Shown in pieces: positions 22,116 to 33,105 of a DNA stretch of 64,000 nt. Position 1 is the stretch's first letter, and each line of letters opens with the position of its first letter. Both the position numbers and the translations under genes were made by a program. Source of the DNA: Synergistales bacterium (GTDB lineage: Bacteria > Synergistota > Synergistia > Synergistales > JAFGMB01); the NCBI GenBank assembly GCA_963666205.1, contig OY762654.1, forward strand, positions 2,884,784 through 2,948,783, in the 5' to 3' direction. A model generated the notes under the pieces. That model searched no databases. It had not been told where the DNA came from and worked only from the letters and a program-made list of their open reading frames with translations.

Positions 22116-23117
22116 TTAAATATAAGGACGATGGACTATATCAGCTGCAGAAAAAGAGATCATCCTGTCATTGACCAATACTACGATTTCTCCTCCGGAT
22201 GTTATGTCGACCGCCTTTCCCCTGAATACATTATGACCTGTGATTATTTCAATATCTTTACCCAGGGTGGAGCAATTCTTCCTGTATTTATCCAATAATC
22301 CTTCCGGTCCGTTCTTCTCTATTTCTGCCATTTCAATGTGAAAATCTGAAGTGATCTTTCCTGCTAGTATTCCCCGGTCGGTTAGATTTCCAGTGATATT
22401 GTAAAGTGATGTGGCCTTTGAGCTTATATCTTCTGGATAAGAAGATATCTCAGAATTAACGTTGATTCCTATTCCTGTAACGGCAAAATGTATCCTGTCC
22501 GACTCGATTGAGGCTTCGGAAAGGATACCACACAATTTCTTTTCGTCATAAAGGATGTCATTAGGCCATTTTAATTGGCAATCAATCCCTGTAATTTCCT
22601 TTATGGAAGAGAGAATAGCCATTCCTGCAGCCAGGTTTATTAATTGAAGCATAGAGGGGTTCATCTGAGGAAAGAAAACGATAGACATGTAGATATTGCT
22701 GCCTGGTGGAGAATTCCATCGGCGTTCCATCCTTCCTCTCCCCAATGTTTGTTCTTCAGCAAGAACCACAGTTCCATTACTACAGCCTTTCCGGGCAAGT
22801 CCTTTGGCCATTATCTGTGTCGAATCTATACTTTTCAGAACATAGACTTCTTTGCCCCATGGATCTGATGGGTCGGTATTGACTGCTATCCATGTGGGAG
22901 AAAGGTCATATTGATTTGTCGGGACAAGGCTGTAACCCCTATTGGGTATGGAGATAATCTGGAATCCTTCCTCTCTCAGGGATTCTATGGATTTCCAAAT
23001 TGACTGACGACTTACGTTTACTTTCTCTGACAGATTTCCGCTGGAAACAAGTTTCTCAGCAGATTCCATAAGATTTTTCAGTATGGCAATCCTGGTGATG
23101 TTAGTTTTCAGAATCAC
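22116..23117 (-). CDS. birA: Bifunctional biotin ligase/repressor
   Basis: N-terminal HTH (VSRQSIWKSIESL), QTLGRGR, KWPND, KLCGIL, GIGIN. Confidence 0.94.
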   Translation of the reverse strand: MILKTNITRIAILKNLMESAEKLVSSGNLSEKVNVSRQSIWKSIESLREEGFQIISIPNRGYSLVPTNQYDLSPTWIAVNTDPSDPWGKEVYVLKSIDSTQIMAKGLARKGCSNGTVVLAEEQTLGRGRMERRWNSPPGSNIYMSIVFFPQMNPSMLQLINLAAGMAILSSIKEITGIDCQLKWPNDILYDEKKLCGILSEASIESDRIHFAVTGIGINVNSEISSYPEDISSKATSLYNITGNLTDRGILAGKITSDFHIEMAEIEKNGPEGLLDKYRKNCSTLGKDIEIITGHNVFRGKAVDITSGGEIVVLVNDRMISFSAADIVHRPYI

Positions 23118-23214
23118 TTATGGTTACTCCTCTCTGTGATGGCTTACCAACGATGATATAATGAAAAACCTGAAGGAACAATGTTTATGAAATACAACTT
23201 GGGAGGTTTATGAA

Positions 23215-24310
23215 ATGGGTAGCTTTGCAAATAATACTCTTTTGGAAGAACTGCATTCATCGTTGGATGAACTGCAGGACAGTCTTTGACCAGGAAAAGG
23301 ATAAATCGAAGGTAGAAAAACTGGAAAAGATGGTTTCGGAGCCAGGATTCTGGAATAAGGAAGAGGCACAGGACATTTCCAGAGAGCTTTCCCTGCTTCA
23401 GAATAAAATAGATGACTGCAATGATATTCTCAATGAGTTCCAGGAATTGGAGATACTTGCAGAAATGCTGGAAGAACAGGAAGATAACGAATTACAACTT
23501 GAGTTTGATCAACGGATCGGTATATTAATCAAAAGAGTAGAAGAGAAAAAACTGTTCCTCCTTTTAAAAGATGAGCATGATGAAAGAAACGCTATTCTAT
23601 CTATTCATGCAGGAGCAGGAGGTCTTGATTCTCAGGACTGGACGGAGATCCTGTATAGGATGTATCTGAGATGGGCCGAAAAAAGGAACTATAAAGTGAA
23701 AATACTTGACCTTATCCAGGATGAAGAAGCTGGGATCAAAAGCGTTACGCTTCTTGTAGAAGGTACAAATGCCCATGGGTTTCTGAAATCTGAAATGGGA
23801 GTTCATAGACTTGTAAGAATATCTCCATTTGATACGGCAAAAAGACGTCATACCAGTTTTGCTTCTGTGGATGTTTCTCCTGAACTTCCTGATGATGTAG
23901 AAGTTGATATACGGCCAGAAGACCTTAGAACTGATACCTTCAGGGCCAGCGGTGCCGGTGGTCAGCATGTTAATATGACCGATTCTGCAGTGAGGATAAC
24001 CCATCTTCCAACAGGCATAGTCGTAAGTTGTCAGAATGAAAGATCTCAGCATATGAATCGTCATATGGCAATGCAGATTCTCCGTTCCAGGCTTTACGAG
24101 CGGATCATGCAGGAAAGACAGAAGGAACTTGATCATATTCAGGGTGAGAAGAAGGGCATAAGTTGGGGAAGCCAGATAAGATCTTATGTTCTGCATCCCT
24201 ATACAATGGTTAAAGATCATAGAACCGGTATGGAGATCGGGAATGTACAGGGTGTGCTTGATGGAGATATTGACACTTTCATCATGGCATACTTGAGGTG
24301 GAAACTCTAG
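23215..24310 (+). CDS. prfB: Peptide chain release factor 2 with programmed +1 frameshift
   Basis: GGGAGG-8 nt-ATG 23215 reads to CTT TGA C (23284-23290); the +1 frame carries SPF and GGQ motifs. Confidence 0.93.
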
Positions 24311-24347
24311 TATGGGGGATATTCCCCAGTTGCAGAGGTGTAAAATT

Positions 24348-26147
24348 ATGAAACTTTTGAGAAATCTTTTTATTCTGATCTTCCTGGGCCTTGGGGTTGT
24401 TTCATTCCCTTTACGTGCTTACAGTTCATCCTTTATACCGTCGAAACCTGTCATGGGGGTACAAGATCTCAGACCGGGTATGAAGGGAGAGGCCCTTACT
24501 GTGATACAGGGACAAGAAATAGTATCTTTTCCTGTAGAGATAATCAGTGTAATTCCGAAAAAGGGTATTCCCAGAAATCTTGTAATGATAAAGGCAACTG
24601 GTCCGGTAATCGAGAAAACAGGTGGTATAGCATCAGGTATGAGCGGTAGTCCCGTATATATTCAGGGGAAACTTATTGGTGCTATCGGATATGGGTGGAA
24701 CTTTACCGAGCATGATCTTGGTCTGGTGACCCCTATAGAGGATATGGCCTCCATATGGGAATGGCCAGAAAGAGTTCCTGAATTCACCAGAACTGTTCAG
24801 TTACCAGCAAAAACAGAGAAAGGGAAGATGCAATCTGATCCATCAAGTGAAACAGAGAAAGAAACTTTCAGTGATAATTTACTGAAAGAAAGGGCGGCCC
24901 CCCTTATGGCTGATGGATTGAGCCCCAGATCTCTTGAAAATATTGGCAATCTGTTGCATCGGAATGTACTCGCTGTTGGAGGTTCGGGATCTACAGATCT
25001 TCCTGTGATATATAGCGCCTCAATATTTCCGGGACAGGCAATTGGAGTCCTTCTTGCATGGGGTGATGTGACCATGGGAGCGACAGGGACTATTACGTCC
25101 ATCTCCAGTGATGGACGTTTTGTCGGTTTTGCTCACCCTTTCCTGAACCGGGGAAATGTTGCTTATCCTCTTACAACAGCCTGGGTGCACAGTGTCGTAC
25201 CCAGTATTCAGGCACCTTTTAAGGTTGGAACTCCTCTTCAGATAATAGGATCTGTTACTCAGGACAGACCTCAAGCGATAGGTGGTCGCATAGGAGTATT
25301 TATGCCATCTGTAGATGCTTCTGTCAGCTTTTCTGATATGGATACAGGTTACAAATCAACAAGAAAGTTTCATGTGGTATATGATCCCTTTATGATCTCG
25401 GAAATTCTTCCTGAAATGGTTGCAGGGATAATTGATGAGACATGGGGGCGAAACGGAGAGGGTACAGCCAGGGTTAATCTGACGATAGAAGGTGGAGGAC
25501 TGCACAAGGGTTGGGAAAGATCTAATTATTTCTTTTCTGATAAAGACACAGTCAAGGAGTGTATAAAGGAAATCAGTGAGATCACCCGAATAATTTCCCT
25601 TAACCCTTTTCAGGAAATTGTCCCGTTGGGTATACACGTTGATGTAGAGTTAACCTCTCTGCCTAAGATCCTTTTTATAGAGAATCTCAATGTTGAGAAA
25701 AAGGAAGTTAAACCTGGAGACAAGGTTTCTGTAGAGGTAAAGTTGAGACCTTATAGAAAATCTCAGGTCTTGAAGAAGTATACACTGACTGTACCTGAAG
25801 ATGCTTTTGGACCCTGTGAAATCCTGGTCAGGGGAGGAGGCATAGCTGAATTGGGACAAGAGACTATTGCCCAGGGTTACCAGAGTATTTCTTCTTTTTC
25901 TCAGATGTTGAGGGAGATGAATGCAAAAGAGGCTAATAATGAAGTTATCCTTGAAATCCTGTGTGAAAAGAATCCAGTCTCTCAGTTAAAAGAACAAGAT
26001 GAAGAAGAGCTTCTGAGCGAAGTAAAGGCACGAAGAATAAAAGATGGAACATTGCGTGTCTTTAAATCCGATTACTATGTGGAAGGTCTTCTCAGAAAGA
26101 CAATATCTGTAAATACTTCCAAAGGAGCAACGGGGACTTCGCCCTGA
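24348..26147 (+). CDS. Exported SpoIVB-type (S55) peptidase domain protein
   Basis: Signal peptide; GGIASGMSGSPVYIQGKLIGA catalytic motif; FAHPF. Confidence 0.85.
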   Translation: MKLLRNLFILIFLGLGVVSFPLRAYSSSFIPSKPVMGVQDLRPGMKGEALTVIQGQEIVSFPVEIISVIPKKGIPRNLVMIKATGPVIEKTGGIASGMSGSPVYIQGKLIGAIGYGWNFTEHDLGLVTPIEDMASIWEWPERVPEFTRTVQLPAKTEKGKMQSDPSSETEKETFSDNLLKERAAPLMADGLSPRSLENIGNLLHRNVLAVGGSGSTDLPVIYSASIFPGQAIGVLLAWGDVTMGATGTITSISSDGRFVGFAHPFLNRGNVAYPLTTAWVHSVVPSIQAPFKVGTPLQIIGSVTQDRPQAIGGRIGVFMPSVDASVSFSDMDTGYKSTRKFHVVYDPFMISEILPEMVAGIIDETWGRNGEGTARVNLTIEGGGLHKGWERSNYFFSDKDTVKECIKEISEITRIISLNPFQEIVPLGIHVDVELTSLPKILFIENLNVEKKEVKPGDKVSVEVKLRPYRKSQVLKKYTLTVPEDAFGPCEILVRGGGIAELGQETIAQGYQSISSFSQMLREMNAKEANNEVILEILCEKNPVSQLKEQDEEELLSEVKARRIKDGTLRVFKSDYYVEGLLRKTISVNTSKGATGTSP

Positions 26148-26211
26148 TCTGATGAAGTTAACCGGAGTAGGGACTTTTTCATCCATATGATAAAGGAGTC
26201 ACAGATCTGTA

Positions 26212-26823
26212 ATGTTGATAACTATTGAAGGCATCGATGGAGCCGGGAAAAGTACCCAGGCTGAAAAAGCGTTTGTAGTGCTTAAAGATTCATTTGGCAG
26301 GGAAAATGTGATCTGGACAAGAGAACCTGGAGATTGGAATGGAGGTAATCTTTTAAGGGAACTCCTTCTAGAAAGAGAATTATCTCATCCCTTATCGGAA
26401 TTATTTCTTTTTCTTGTAGATAGATGTGAACATGTTTTAGAAGTTATTGTGCCTGCCATCAACGAAGGAAAGATAGTTTTATGTGAGAGATATACCGATT
26501 CTACCCTTGCTTATCAGGTATGGGGCAGAGGTTTACCTCTGGAAAGAATCGAAGATTTGTTCTTATGGTCGCAGTTTCCTGTTCCTGATCTGACTTTATG
26601 GCTGGATGTGCCCCTTGAAGAAGCGACCCAAAGGATCAACAGCAGGGGAAGATTGGACAGAATAGAGTCAGATGGTTTAGAATTCCTATCCAGAGTTCGT
26701 GACGGTTATTTGCATTTAAGAAACAGATTCCCTGACCGGATAAGAAGGGTGGATGCTTCAGGAAGTGTGAATGAAGTTTCTTGTATTATAAGGCAGGAAC
26801 TGAAGAGCTTTTTGAAGGTTTGA
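26212..26823 (+). CDS. tmk: Thymidylate kinase
   Basis: IEGIDGAGKST, TREPG, ERYTDSTLAYQ. Confidence 0.95.
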   Translation: MLITIEGIDGAGKSTQAEKAFVVLKDSFGRENVIWTREPGDWNGGNLLRELLLERELSHPLSELFLFLVDRCEHVLEVIVPAINEGKIVLCERYTDSTLAYQVWGRGLPLERIEDLFLWSQFPVPDLTLWLDVPLEEATQRINSRGRLDRIESDGLEFLSRVRDGYLHLRNRFPDRIRRVDASGSVNEVSCIIRQELKSFLKV

Positions 26824-26887
26824 TTGATGGCCTTATATTAGAAGGAAATACCTGGGCTCTTATTTCAAGCTTAGGCAGGGGGATCTA

Positions 26888-27661
26888 TTGGATAACAAGT
26901 TGGAAATAATCAGGGAAAGTAGAGCATGGAACGAAATATGTAAAGCATTGGATGACGGGAAAAGACCGCATTCTATTGTTTTTAAAGTAGATGAATCCCT
27001 CCATCAGGAGTGTTCCACACTTTTTTCAAAGGTCTTTCTGTGTCAAAATAGTATAGATATCAGTAGTCACAGTTCTAAAAGTAATGACATTGGAGGAGGG
27101 CCTCATCCCGATCTTATTCTTTCCGGGGATATAGGGTGTGCACCCGGCATAGAACGGTGCAGGGAAATAGCACGGGAATTATCGATAAAACCTTTGAGAG
27201 CCCCTGGTAGAGTCGCTGTTATTTTTTCTGCGGACAAGCTTTCCCTTCCTGCTTCCAATAGTCTTCTAAAAATAACAGAAGAACCCCCTGAAGGAGCGGT
27301 AATTATATTTATCTTGTCTCCTGACGGAAATCTCATCCCGACTTTGAGCAGCAGATCGTGGATCTTCTCTATATCACATGTTCCTGAAAAAATATCAATG
27401 CCCATCCCGGCAAGCGATACAGAATGGATGGAATGGCTTTCCCGGAATGATAAACGTAATGTGCAAGATCTAGTCGAAGATCTTGACAAATGGATAAACT
27501 ATTCTCTTCAGAGGAAAGAACATTTGCTTGCAGCTAAACTGGAAAGTCTCAAGATGATCGGATCTGGGAAAAAGCTGCCTAAAACCATGCTACAGGATCT
27601 TATTTTATTTGTTGTTAAGGAGGGTATACCCTTTGAGCATATACCTGGTGATTTTTGGTAA
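26888..27661 (+). CDS. holB: DNA polymerase III delta' subunit-like protein
   Basis: HPDL, ASNSLLKITEEPP, IPTLSSR; tmk-holB-ricT synteny. Confidence 0.75.
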   Translation: MDNKLEIIRESRAWNEICKALDDGKRPHSIVFKVDESLHQECSTLFSKVFLCQNSIDISSHSSKSNDIGGGPHPDLILSGDIGCAPGIERCREIARELSIKPLRAPGRVAVIFSADKLSLPASNSLLKITEEPPEGAVIIFILSPDGNLIPTLSSRSWIFSISHVPEKISMPIPASDTEWMEWLSRNDKRNVQDLVEDLDKWINYSLQRKEHLLAAKLESLKMIGSGKKLPKTMLQDLILFVVKEGIPFEHIPGDFW

Positions 27662-28931
27662 ACCAAGATATCTGGGTTTCCTGGAAATGTTGGAAACAAA
27701 CCCTGAAAAGGGAAGTTACATGTTGGTAGAATCCCTTAGAGGTGTGGAACTGGGGCTTGTGGCAGGTGTACTGACACAAGAGCAGCAGGCCAGGTTTCAG
27801 GCTTCATGTATTGAGGAGCCCCAGGAGGGGCAGCCAAGGGGTGGTGAACCCATGCTTCAGAATGTAACATTTGTAGCACTACCCGGCAAAGAAAACATGG
27901 AAGAACATAAGAAAAATCAGGAAGAAGAACAGCGGATCCTTCTGAAAGCAAGGGAAATACTTCGAAGTCATGACTTATCTATGAAACTGGTTGACGTTGA
28001 GTACATGCTTGATCGTAAAAAGTTATTCTTTTATTTTACCTCTGACCAGAGAGTTGATTTCAGAGCTTACGTCAGGGATCTCGCAAGGGAGTTTAAAACA
28101 AGGATAGAGTTGAGACAGATAGGAGTCAGAGATGAAGCAAAGGCTGTCAAAGGAATTGGTCCCTGTGGTCAGGTATGTTGTTGCAGTTATTGGCTTCATT
28201 CATTCACTCCAATTTGCATAAAAATGGTCAAAGAGCAGAACCTGGCCCTTAATCCTACCAAGATATCAGGGATCTGTGGTCGTCTGATGTGCTGTATGAG
28301 CTATGAACATCCCATGTACCAGGACCTTTGGTCCTCTCTTCCCAACCCTGGGACCAAGCTCAAGACACCAAAAGGAAATTATATATTGATTGGAGTAGAT
28401 CTTGACAAAAGTGCTGTGCGTGTTCGTTGTCCTGAGGGTCCAGAGGTACTTGTCGCGGTGAATGATTTTAGAGAATTCAGGGAATATATAATGAAGGGTC
28501 TGGTATGGGATAAGATGCTGAACGAGGATGTTAAACCTCCTCAAATGGAAGAGATATTTGACTTCGATACTCTCAAAGTCAGTACCGCTACGGAGAATAA
28601 AGATAAAAAATCCAGAGGAACTACCAGAAAACCTTATTCGAAAGATTCCAGAAAAGGCCCAGTCAAACTTGAAAAAGATCAAGTTCCCGGTGAAGGGGAT
28701 GGCACAGACCAGAAGCGGCCAGTAAAAACTCAACCGAAAAGAAGGAAAAGAAAGAAAAAGAGCAAATCTGACCAGAGCCAACCAAAAACTAATATTGACA
28801 ATGAAGGGCCAAGCTCTTCATCAAAGGAAAAACCACCCAGAAAGAAAAAAAATAATTCAAGGCGCAACAGACTTACCAGGTCCAATACGCCTGGTAAGTT
28901 AGAACAGAAGGACCAGGAAAAAGAAAAGTAA
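27633..28931 (+). CDS. ricT: PSP1/RicT (YaaT) family protein with Lys-rich tail
   Basis: RVDFRAYVRDLA, RIELRQIGVRDE, GPCGQVCCC, KISGICGRLMCC. Confidence 0.9.
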   Translation: MSIYLVIFGKPRYLGFLEMLETNPEKGSYMLVESLRGVELGLVAGVLTQEQQARFQASCIEEPQEGQPRGGEPMLQNVTFVALPGKENMEEHKKNQEEEQRILLKAREILRSHDLSMKLVDVEYMLDRKKLFFYFTSDQRVDFRAYVRDLAREFKTRIELRQIGVRDEAKAVKGIGPCGQVCCCSYWLHSFTPICIKMVKEQNLALNPTKISGICGRLMCCMSYEHPMYQDLWSSLPNPGTKLKTPKGNYILIGVDLDKSAVRVRCPEGPEVLVAVNDFREFREYIMKGLVWDKMLNEDVKPPQMEEIFDFDTLKVSTATENKDKKSRGTTRKPYSKDSRKGPVKLEKDQVPGEGDGTDQKRPVKTQPKRRKRKKKSKSDQSQPKTNIDNEGPSSSSKEKPPRKKKNNSRRNRLTRSNTPGKLEQKDQEKEK

Positions 28932-29007
28932 GAATAATTTATCTATCAGGATTACAATAATCAGCCTGACCTTCGCATTGATAGACGATCTGGAGGAATG
29001 ATCTTGT

Positions 29008-29943
29008 ATGTTCGCTAATTTAAAGGAGAAACTGTTTGGTGTCAAAAAAAACTGGAGTGGTGGCCTGGCATCTCTTTTTGATTCGAGTTCTGTAAATGAT
29101 GAATTCTGGGATGATCTCGAAGGGGTTCTTCTATCTGGAGATGTCAATATAGAGCTTGCTGAAGAAATGATATCTGATTTACAGATCTTTTGCAGAAAAA
29201 AGGGAGTTAAAAAAGCCGAAGAGCTTTTTTCGTATTTTGTAGATATCCTTGTTAATAAACTGGAAACGGTAGAGGGCATGGGTAAAGAAGTAACGCTCAC
29301 CGGCAGACCCTCAGTTATTATCCTTGTTGGCGTTAACGGTAGCGGGAAAACGACAACGGCAGGAAAGCTTGCAGGGAAGTTCAAGAAAGAAGGGAAAAAT
29401 GTAATATTTGCCGCTTCTGACACTTTCAGAGCTGCTGCTATCGACCAGTTGAAAGTCTGGGGTGAAATGACCGGTGTTAGAGTAGTGGCTCAAAAACAAG
29501 GAAGTGATTCCGCAGCAATAGCCTTTGATGCGATTAAGGCAGCGAAATCATCAGATGCTGACATCGTAATAGTAGATACAGCAGGAAGGCTTCATTCTAA
29601 ACATAACCTGATGGAAGAACTGGCTAAGATCTACAGGGTGATATCCCGGGAAGTACCTGAAGAAGACATTGATATCTTTCTGGTACTTGATGCTATCATG
29701 GGGCAAAATGGGTTCAGGCAGGCTGAGGCATTTAACGAGATTCTCAAACTTACAGGCGTTATTCTTTCAAAGTATGATAACACAGCTAAGGGAGGGATTA
29801 TCCTCACCATAGCAGGAAAACTGTCCCTGCCAGTCAGATATATTGGTCTTGGAGAGAGACAAGAAGATCTGAGTCCTTTTGATCCCAGGGAGTTTGTAGA
29901 GGCTCTTCTGAATCAGGATACGATAGAAAATTCCACTACATAG
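29008..29943 (+). CDS. ftsY: Signal recognition particle receptor
   Basis: GVNGSGKTTT, DTFRAAA, DTAGR, TAKGG. Confidence 0.96.
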   Translation: MFANLKEKLFGVKKNWSGGLASLFDSSSVNDEFWDDLEGVLLSGDVNIELAEEMISDLQIFCRKKGVKKAEELFSYFVDILVNKLETVEGMGKEVTLTGRPSVIILVGVNGSGKTTTAGKLAGKFKKEGKNVIFAASDTFRAAAIDQLKVWGEMTGVRVVAQKQGSDSAAIAFDAIKAAKSSDADIVIVDTAGRLHSKHNLMEELAKIYRVISREVPEEDIDIFLVLDAIMGQNGFRQAEAFNEILKLTGVILSKYDNTAKGGIILTIAGKLSLPVRYIGLGERQEDLSPFDPREFVEALLNQDTIENSTT

Positions 29944-29955
29944 AGGTGTGTTCTT

Positions 29956-30504
29956 TTGAATCTCATCCGCGAAGCTCCATCGGTGAAACTTATAGCGGGC
30001 CTTTTATATCCTGACCTGGACTGGTATGAATGGGCAATAAATTCGATGGTACAGTCATGGGGGGAGCCAGAAAGAATCAGTGACACTTTTCCCTTTGACC
30101 ATACCAATTATTATGATGAGATATCACCTAACCTTTTACGTTGTTTTATCTCTTTCCGTGGATTGAGACCAGCTGATCTACTTTCAGAATGGAAAAAAGC
30201 GAGTTGTAAGATAGAATCAAAAAGTTCAGAGAATAGACGTATAAATATTGACCCAGGTTATATTAATGGAGCGAGGCTTGTTCTTGCGTCTACGAAAGAC
30301 CATGCTCACCGTGTATACCTTGGAGACGGTATTTTTGCAGAAGTTACGATGAGGTACCGTTTTAAGAAATGGGTGCCCTTTGACTATACATTTCCGGATT
30401 TTTCCGCAGGAACCTATGATGAGTTTTTCACACAGGTAAGAGAAGACTGGTTACGGGATATTAACAAGGGAGGTACACCTTATGATCGAACGATACACAA
30501 CTGA
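29956..30504 (+). CDS. DUF4416 family protein
   Basis: TNYYDE, RINIDPGY, LASTKDHAHRVYLGDGIFAE, TFPDF. Confidence 0.75.
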   Translation: MNLIREAPSVKLIAGLLYPDLDWYEWAINSMVQSWGEPERISDTFPFDHTNYYDEISPNLLRCFISFRGLRPADLLSEWKKASCKIESKSSENRRINIDPGYINGARLVLASTKDHAHRVYLGDGIFAEVTMRYRFKKWVPFDYTFPDFSAGTYDEFFTQVREDWLRDINKGGTPYDRTIHN

Positions 30505-31777
30505 AACAATGGAAATGATCTGGTCTGACAATAATAAATACAAAGTCTGGCTTGATGTTGAAATAGCTGTCTGTAAAGCATGGTCTGAGAAGGGGATCAT
30601 CCCTGAAGATGCTGTTAAAGATATCGAAAATAATGGAACTTTCAGTGTGAAAAGAATAAATGAGATTGAAAATGAAGTTCATCATGATGTTATAGCTTTT
30701 GTAACCAATGTTGCGGAAAATGTTGGTTCCAATGGAAGATATATTCATCTTGGATTGACCAGTAGTGATGTAATTGATACAGCTTCTTCCATCATGCTTA
30801 AACAGAGCCTCGAGCATGTCATCTCAAAGCTGGAATCAACAAGTAAAGAACTGTTCGCGAAAGCAGAAAAATATAAATTCCTCCCTTGTGTAGGTAGAAC
30901 TCATGGGATTCATGCTGAACCTCTTACCTTCGGGCTTAAACTCTTAAGTTGGTATTCTCAGTTAAAACGTGACAGGAAAAGACTGATTGCCGCCCTTGAA
31001 GAAATATCCTATGGAAAACTTTCCGGAGCCGTAGGGACTTATGCTCACTGTCCACCGGATATAGAGAAAAGTGTATGCGACAGTCTTGGACTTAATCCTT
31101 GTCCCATAGCAACTCAGGTACTCCAGAGGGATAGACATGCTCAGGTCCTTTCTGCTATATCTCTTCTAGGCTGTTCAATAGAGAGGTTCGCTGTTGAAAT
31201 AAGGCATTTGCAAAGGACTGAGGTGCTCGAGGTCATGGAACCTTTTGGAAAGAAACAGAAAGGGTCATCAGCCATGCCTCATAAGAAAAATCCCATAATC
31301 TGCGAAAGACTGACCGGTATGTCCAGATTACTGAGAAGTTATTCTTCAGCTGCCATGGAAAACATAGCTTTATGGCATGAAAGAGATATCAGCCATTCTT
31401 CTGTTGAAAGGATCATCTGGCCCGATGCTTTTAACCTTATTGACTACATGTTGGATAAGTTTAGAAAGATTGTCAAAGATATGGTTGTACAGGAAGAACG
31501 TATGAAAAAGAATCTTGAAATGACCAAAGGGCTTGTATACAGTCAGCGAGTCCTCCTTCAGCTTGTAGAGCAGTTCCGCATGAAACGCGAAGATGCCTAT
31601 TCTGTGGTTCAGGATAATGCAATGAGATGCTGGGATGGAGATGATCATTTCCTTGATCTTCTCGCAAGTGATAAAAGACTTGCAGGATTAATTTCAAAAG
31701 AAGAACTTTCCAGTCTTTTCGACTATAATTACTATTATAGATACATTAATGAAATTTTTGACAGATTTTTGTTTTAG
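30482..31777 (+). CDS. purB: Adenylosuccinate lyase
   Basis: HDVIAF, GRTHGIHAEP, GSSAMPHKKNP, HERDISHSS. Confidence 0.96.
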   Translation: MIERYTTETMEMIWSDNNKYKVWLDVEIAVCKAWSEKGIIPEDAVKDIENNGTFSVKRINEIENEVHHDVIAFVTNVAENVGSNGRYIHLGLTSSDVIDTASSIMLKQSLEHVISKLESTSKELFAKAEKYKFLPCVGRTHGIHAEPLTFGLKLLSWYSQLKRDRKRLIAALEEISYGKLSGAVGTYAHCPPDIEKSVCDSLGLNPCPIATQVLQRDRHAQVLSAISLLGCSIERFAVEIRHLQRTEVLEVMEPFGKKQKGSSAMPHKKNPIICERLTGMSRLLRSYSSAAMENIALWHERDISHSSVERIIWPDAFNLIDYMLDKFRKIVKDMVVQEERMKKNLEMTKGLVYSQRVLLQLVEQFRMKREDAYSVVQDNAMRCWDGDDHFLDLLASDKRLAGLISKEELSSLFDYNYYYRYINEIFDRFLF

Positions 31778-31818
31778 AAGTCTTTAATGTAAAAGACCTT
31801 TGATATGGAGGTAATAAT

Positions 31819-32811
31819 ATGGCTGTCCCGGATAGAAATATGGCTCTTGAATTAGTTAGAGGAACTGAGGCTGCTGCTATGGCTGCAGGCAGATGGATGG
31901 GGCGTGGCGATAAGAACGCTGTAGATGGAGCAGCAGTTCATGCAATGCGCAATATGCTCAACAGCGTTGAGATGAATGGAGTAGTAGTGATAGGTGAAGG
32001 CGAAAAGGATAAGGCTCCAATGCTTTTTAATGGTGAAAAACTTGGAACGGGGGCCGCTCCAGATGTGGATATAGCAGTAGACCCCGTTGACGGGACTCGA
32101 TTGACTTCTCTTGGTCTGCCTGGAGCCATCAGTGTTGTCGCCTTAGCCGAAAAGGGAAGCATGTATAATCCCGGAAATATCTTTTACATGAACAAGATTG
32201 TTACTGGTCCAGAGGCAATAGATGCCATAGATATAGATGCACCTGTTGAAGAAAACATTTCCAAGGTAGCTAAACTGAAGGGCAAATCGATCGAGGATAT
32301 CACAGTTGTGGTTCTTGACAGACCAAGACACGAAGATCTTATTTCCGAAATTCGCCGAGTTGGAGCAAGGATAAAGCTTATACCTGATGGAGATGTGGCA
32401 GGAGCTCTTTTAACCTGTAAGGTTCAGGGTGGAACGGATCTTCTAATGGGAATAGGAGGGGCTCCAGAGGCAGTGATTACTGCTTGTGCCATAAAGGCTC
32501 TCGGGGGTAATATGCAGTGTAAACTCTGGGCAAGAGATGCAAGAGATGCTGCAAAAGCTAAAGAACAGGGGTTATCGCTGGACAAGATTCTAAGACTTAA
32601 CGATCTGGTGAGTAGCGACAATGTGTTTTTTGCAGCGACCGGTGTCACAGATGGAGAATTTCTAGAGGGAGTTCGATATCAGGGTTCTGTCATAAGAACA
32701 AGCTCTCTTGTTCTCAGGTCCAAATCTGGTACCATAAGATACGTAGAAGGGATACATAAACCAGCAAAACTCAAGGAGATCAGCGATATTGATTATAACA
32801 AGGGTCTTTAG
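31819..32811 (+). CDS. glpX: Class II fructose-1,6-bisphosphatase
   Basis: VVIGEGEKDKAPML, DPVDGT, DRPRH, DGDV, TGVTDG. Confidence 0.95.
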   Translation: MAVPDRNMALELVRGTEAAAMAAGRWMGRGDKNAVDGAAVHAMRNMLNSVEMNGVVVIGEGEKDKAPMLFNGEKLGTGAAPDVDIAVDPVDGTRLTSLGLPGAISVVALAEKGSMYNPGNIFYMNKIVTGPEAIDAIDIDAPVEENISKVAKLKGKSIEDITVVVLDRPRHEDLISEIRRVGARIKLIPDGDVAGALLTCKVQGGTDLLMGIGGAPEAVITACAIKALGGNMQCKLWARDARDAAKAKEQGLSLDKILRLNDLVSSDNVFFAATGVTDGEFLEGVRYQGSVIRTSSLVLRSKSGTIRYVEGIHKPAKLKEISDIDYNKGL

Positions 32812-33105
32812 ATATGGTCACTCCGTTTTTGATTCATTATATGATAAGCTGCAGAACTTCTTATTATCCGGAATAGCAGGGACTCCATCAACAGATTCAG
32901 GTTCTCCAGTCCTCCGCATAGTTTCCGAACTGGCGACAGTAAGCATATTTATAACAGGTCCTGTGAAGTAGTTCAAAGGAATAAATAGTAAAGGTTGTAT
33001 TAAGAAGTGAATTATAATGTGGACTTCGGGACAGCAGGAGAAGATAAAGATCCCTCAGGTTATAAATCTTTTATCAAGGGCTCTTTATCTTAGTCCAAAG
33101 ACAGT

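Noticed and set aside
23597-24220. 207-aa minus-strand ORF
   Set aside because: Antisense to the conserved prfB core
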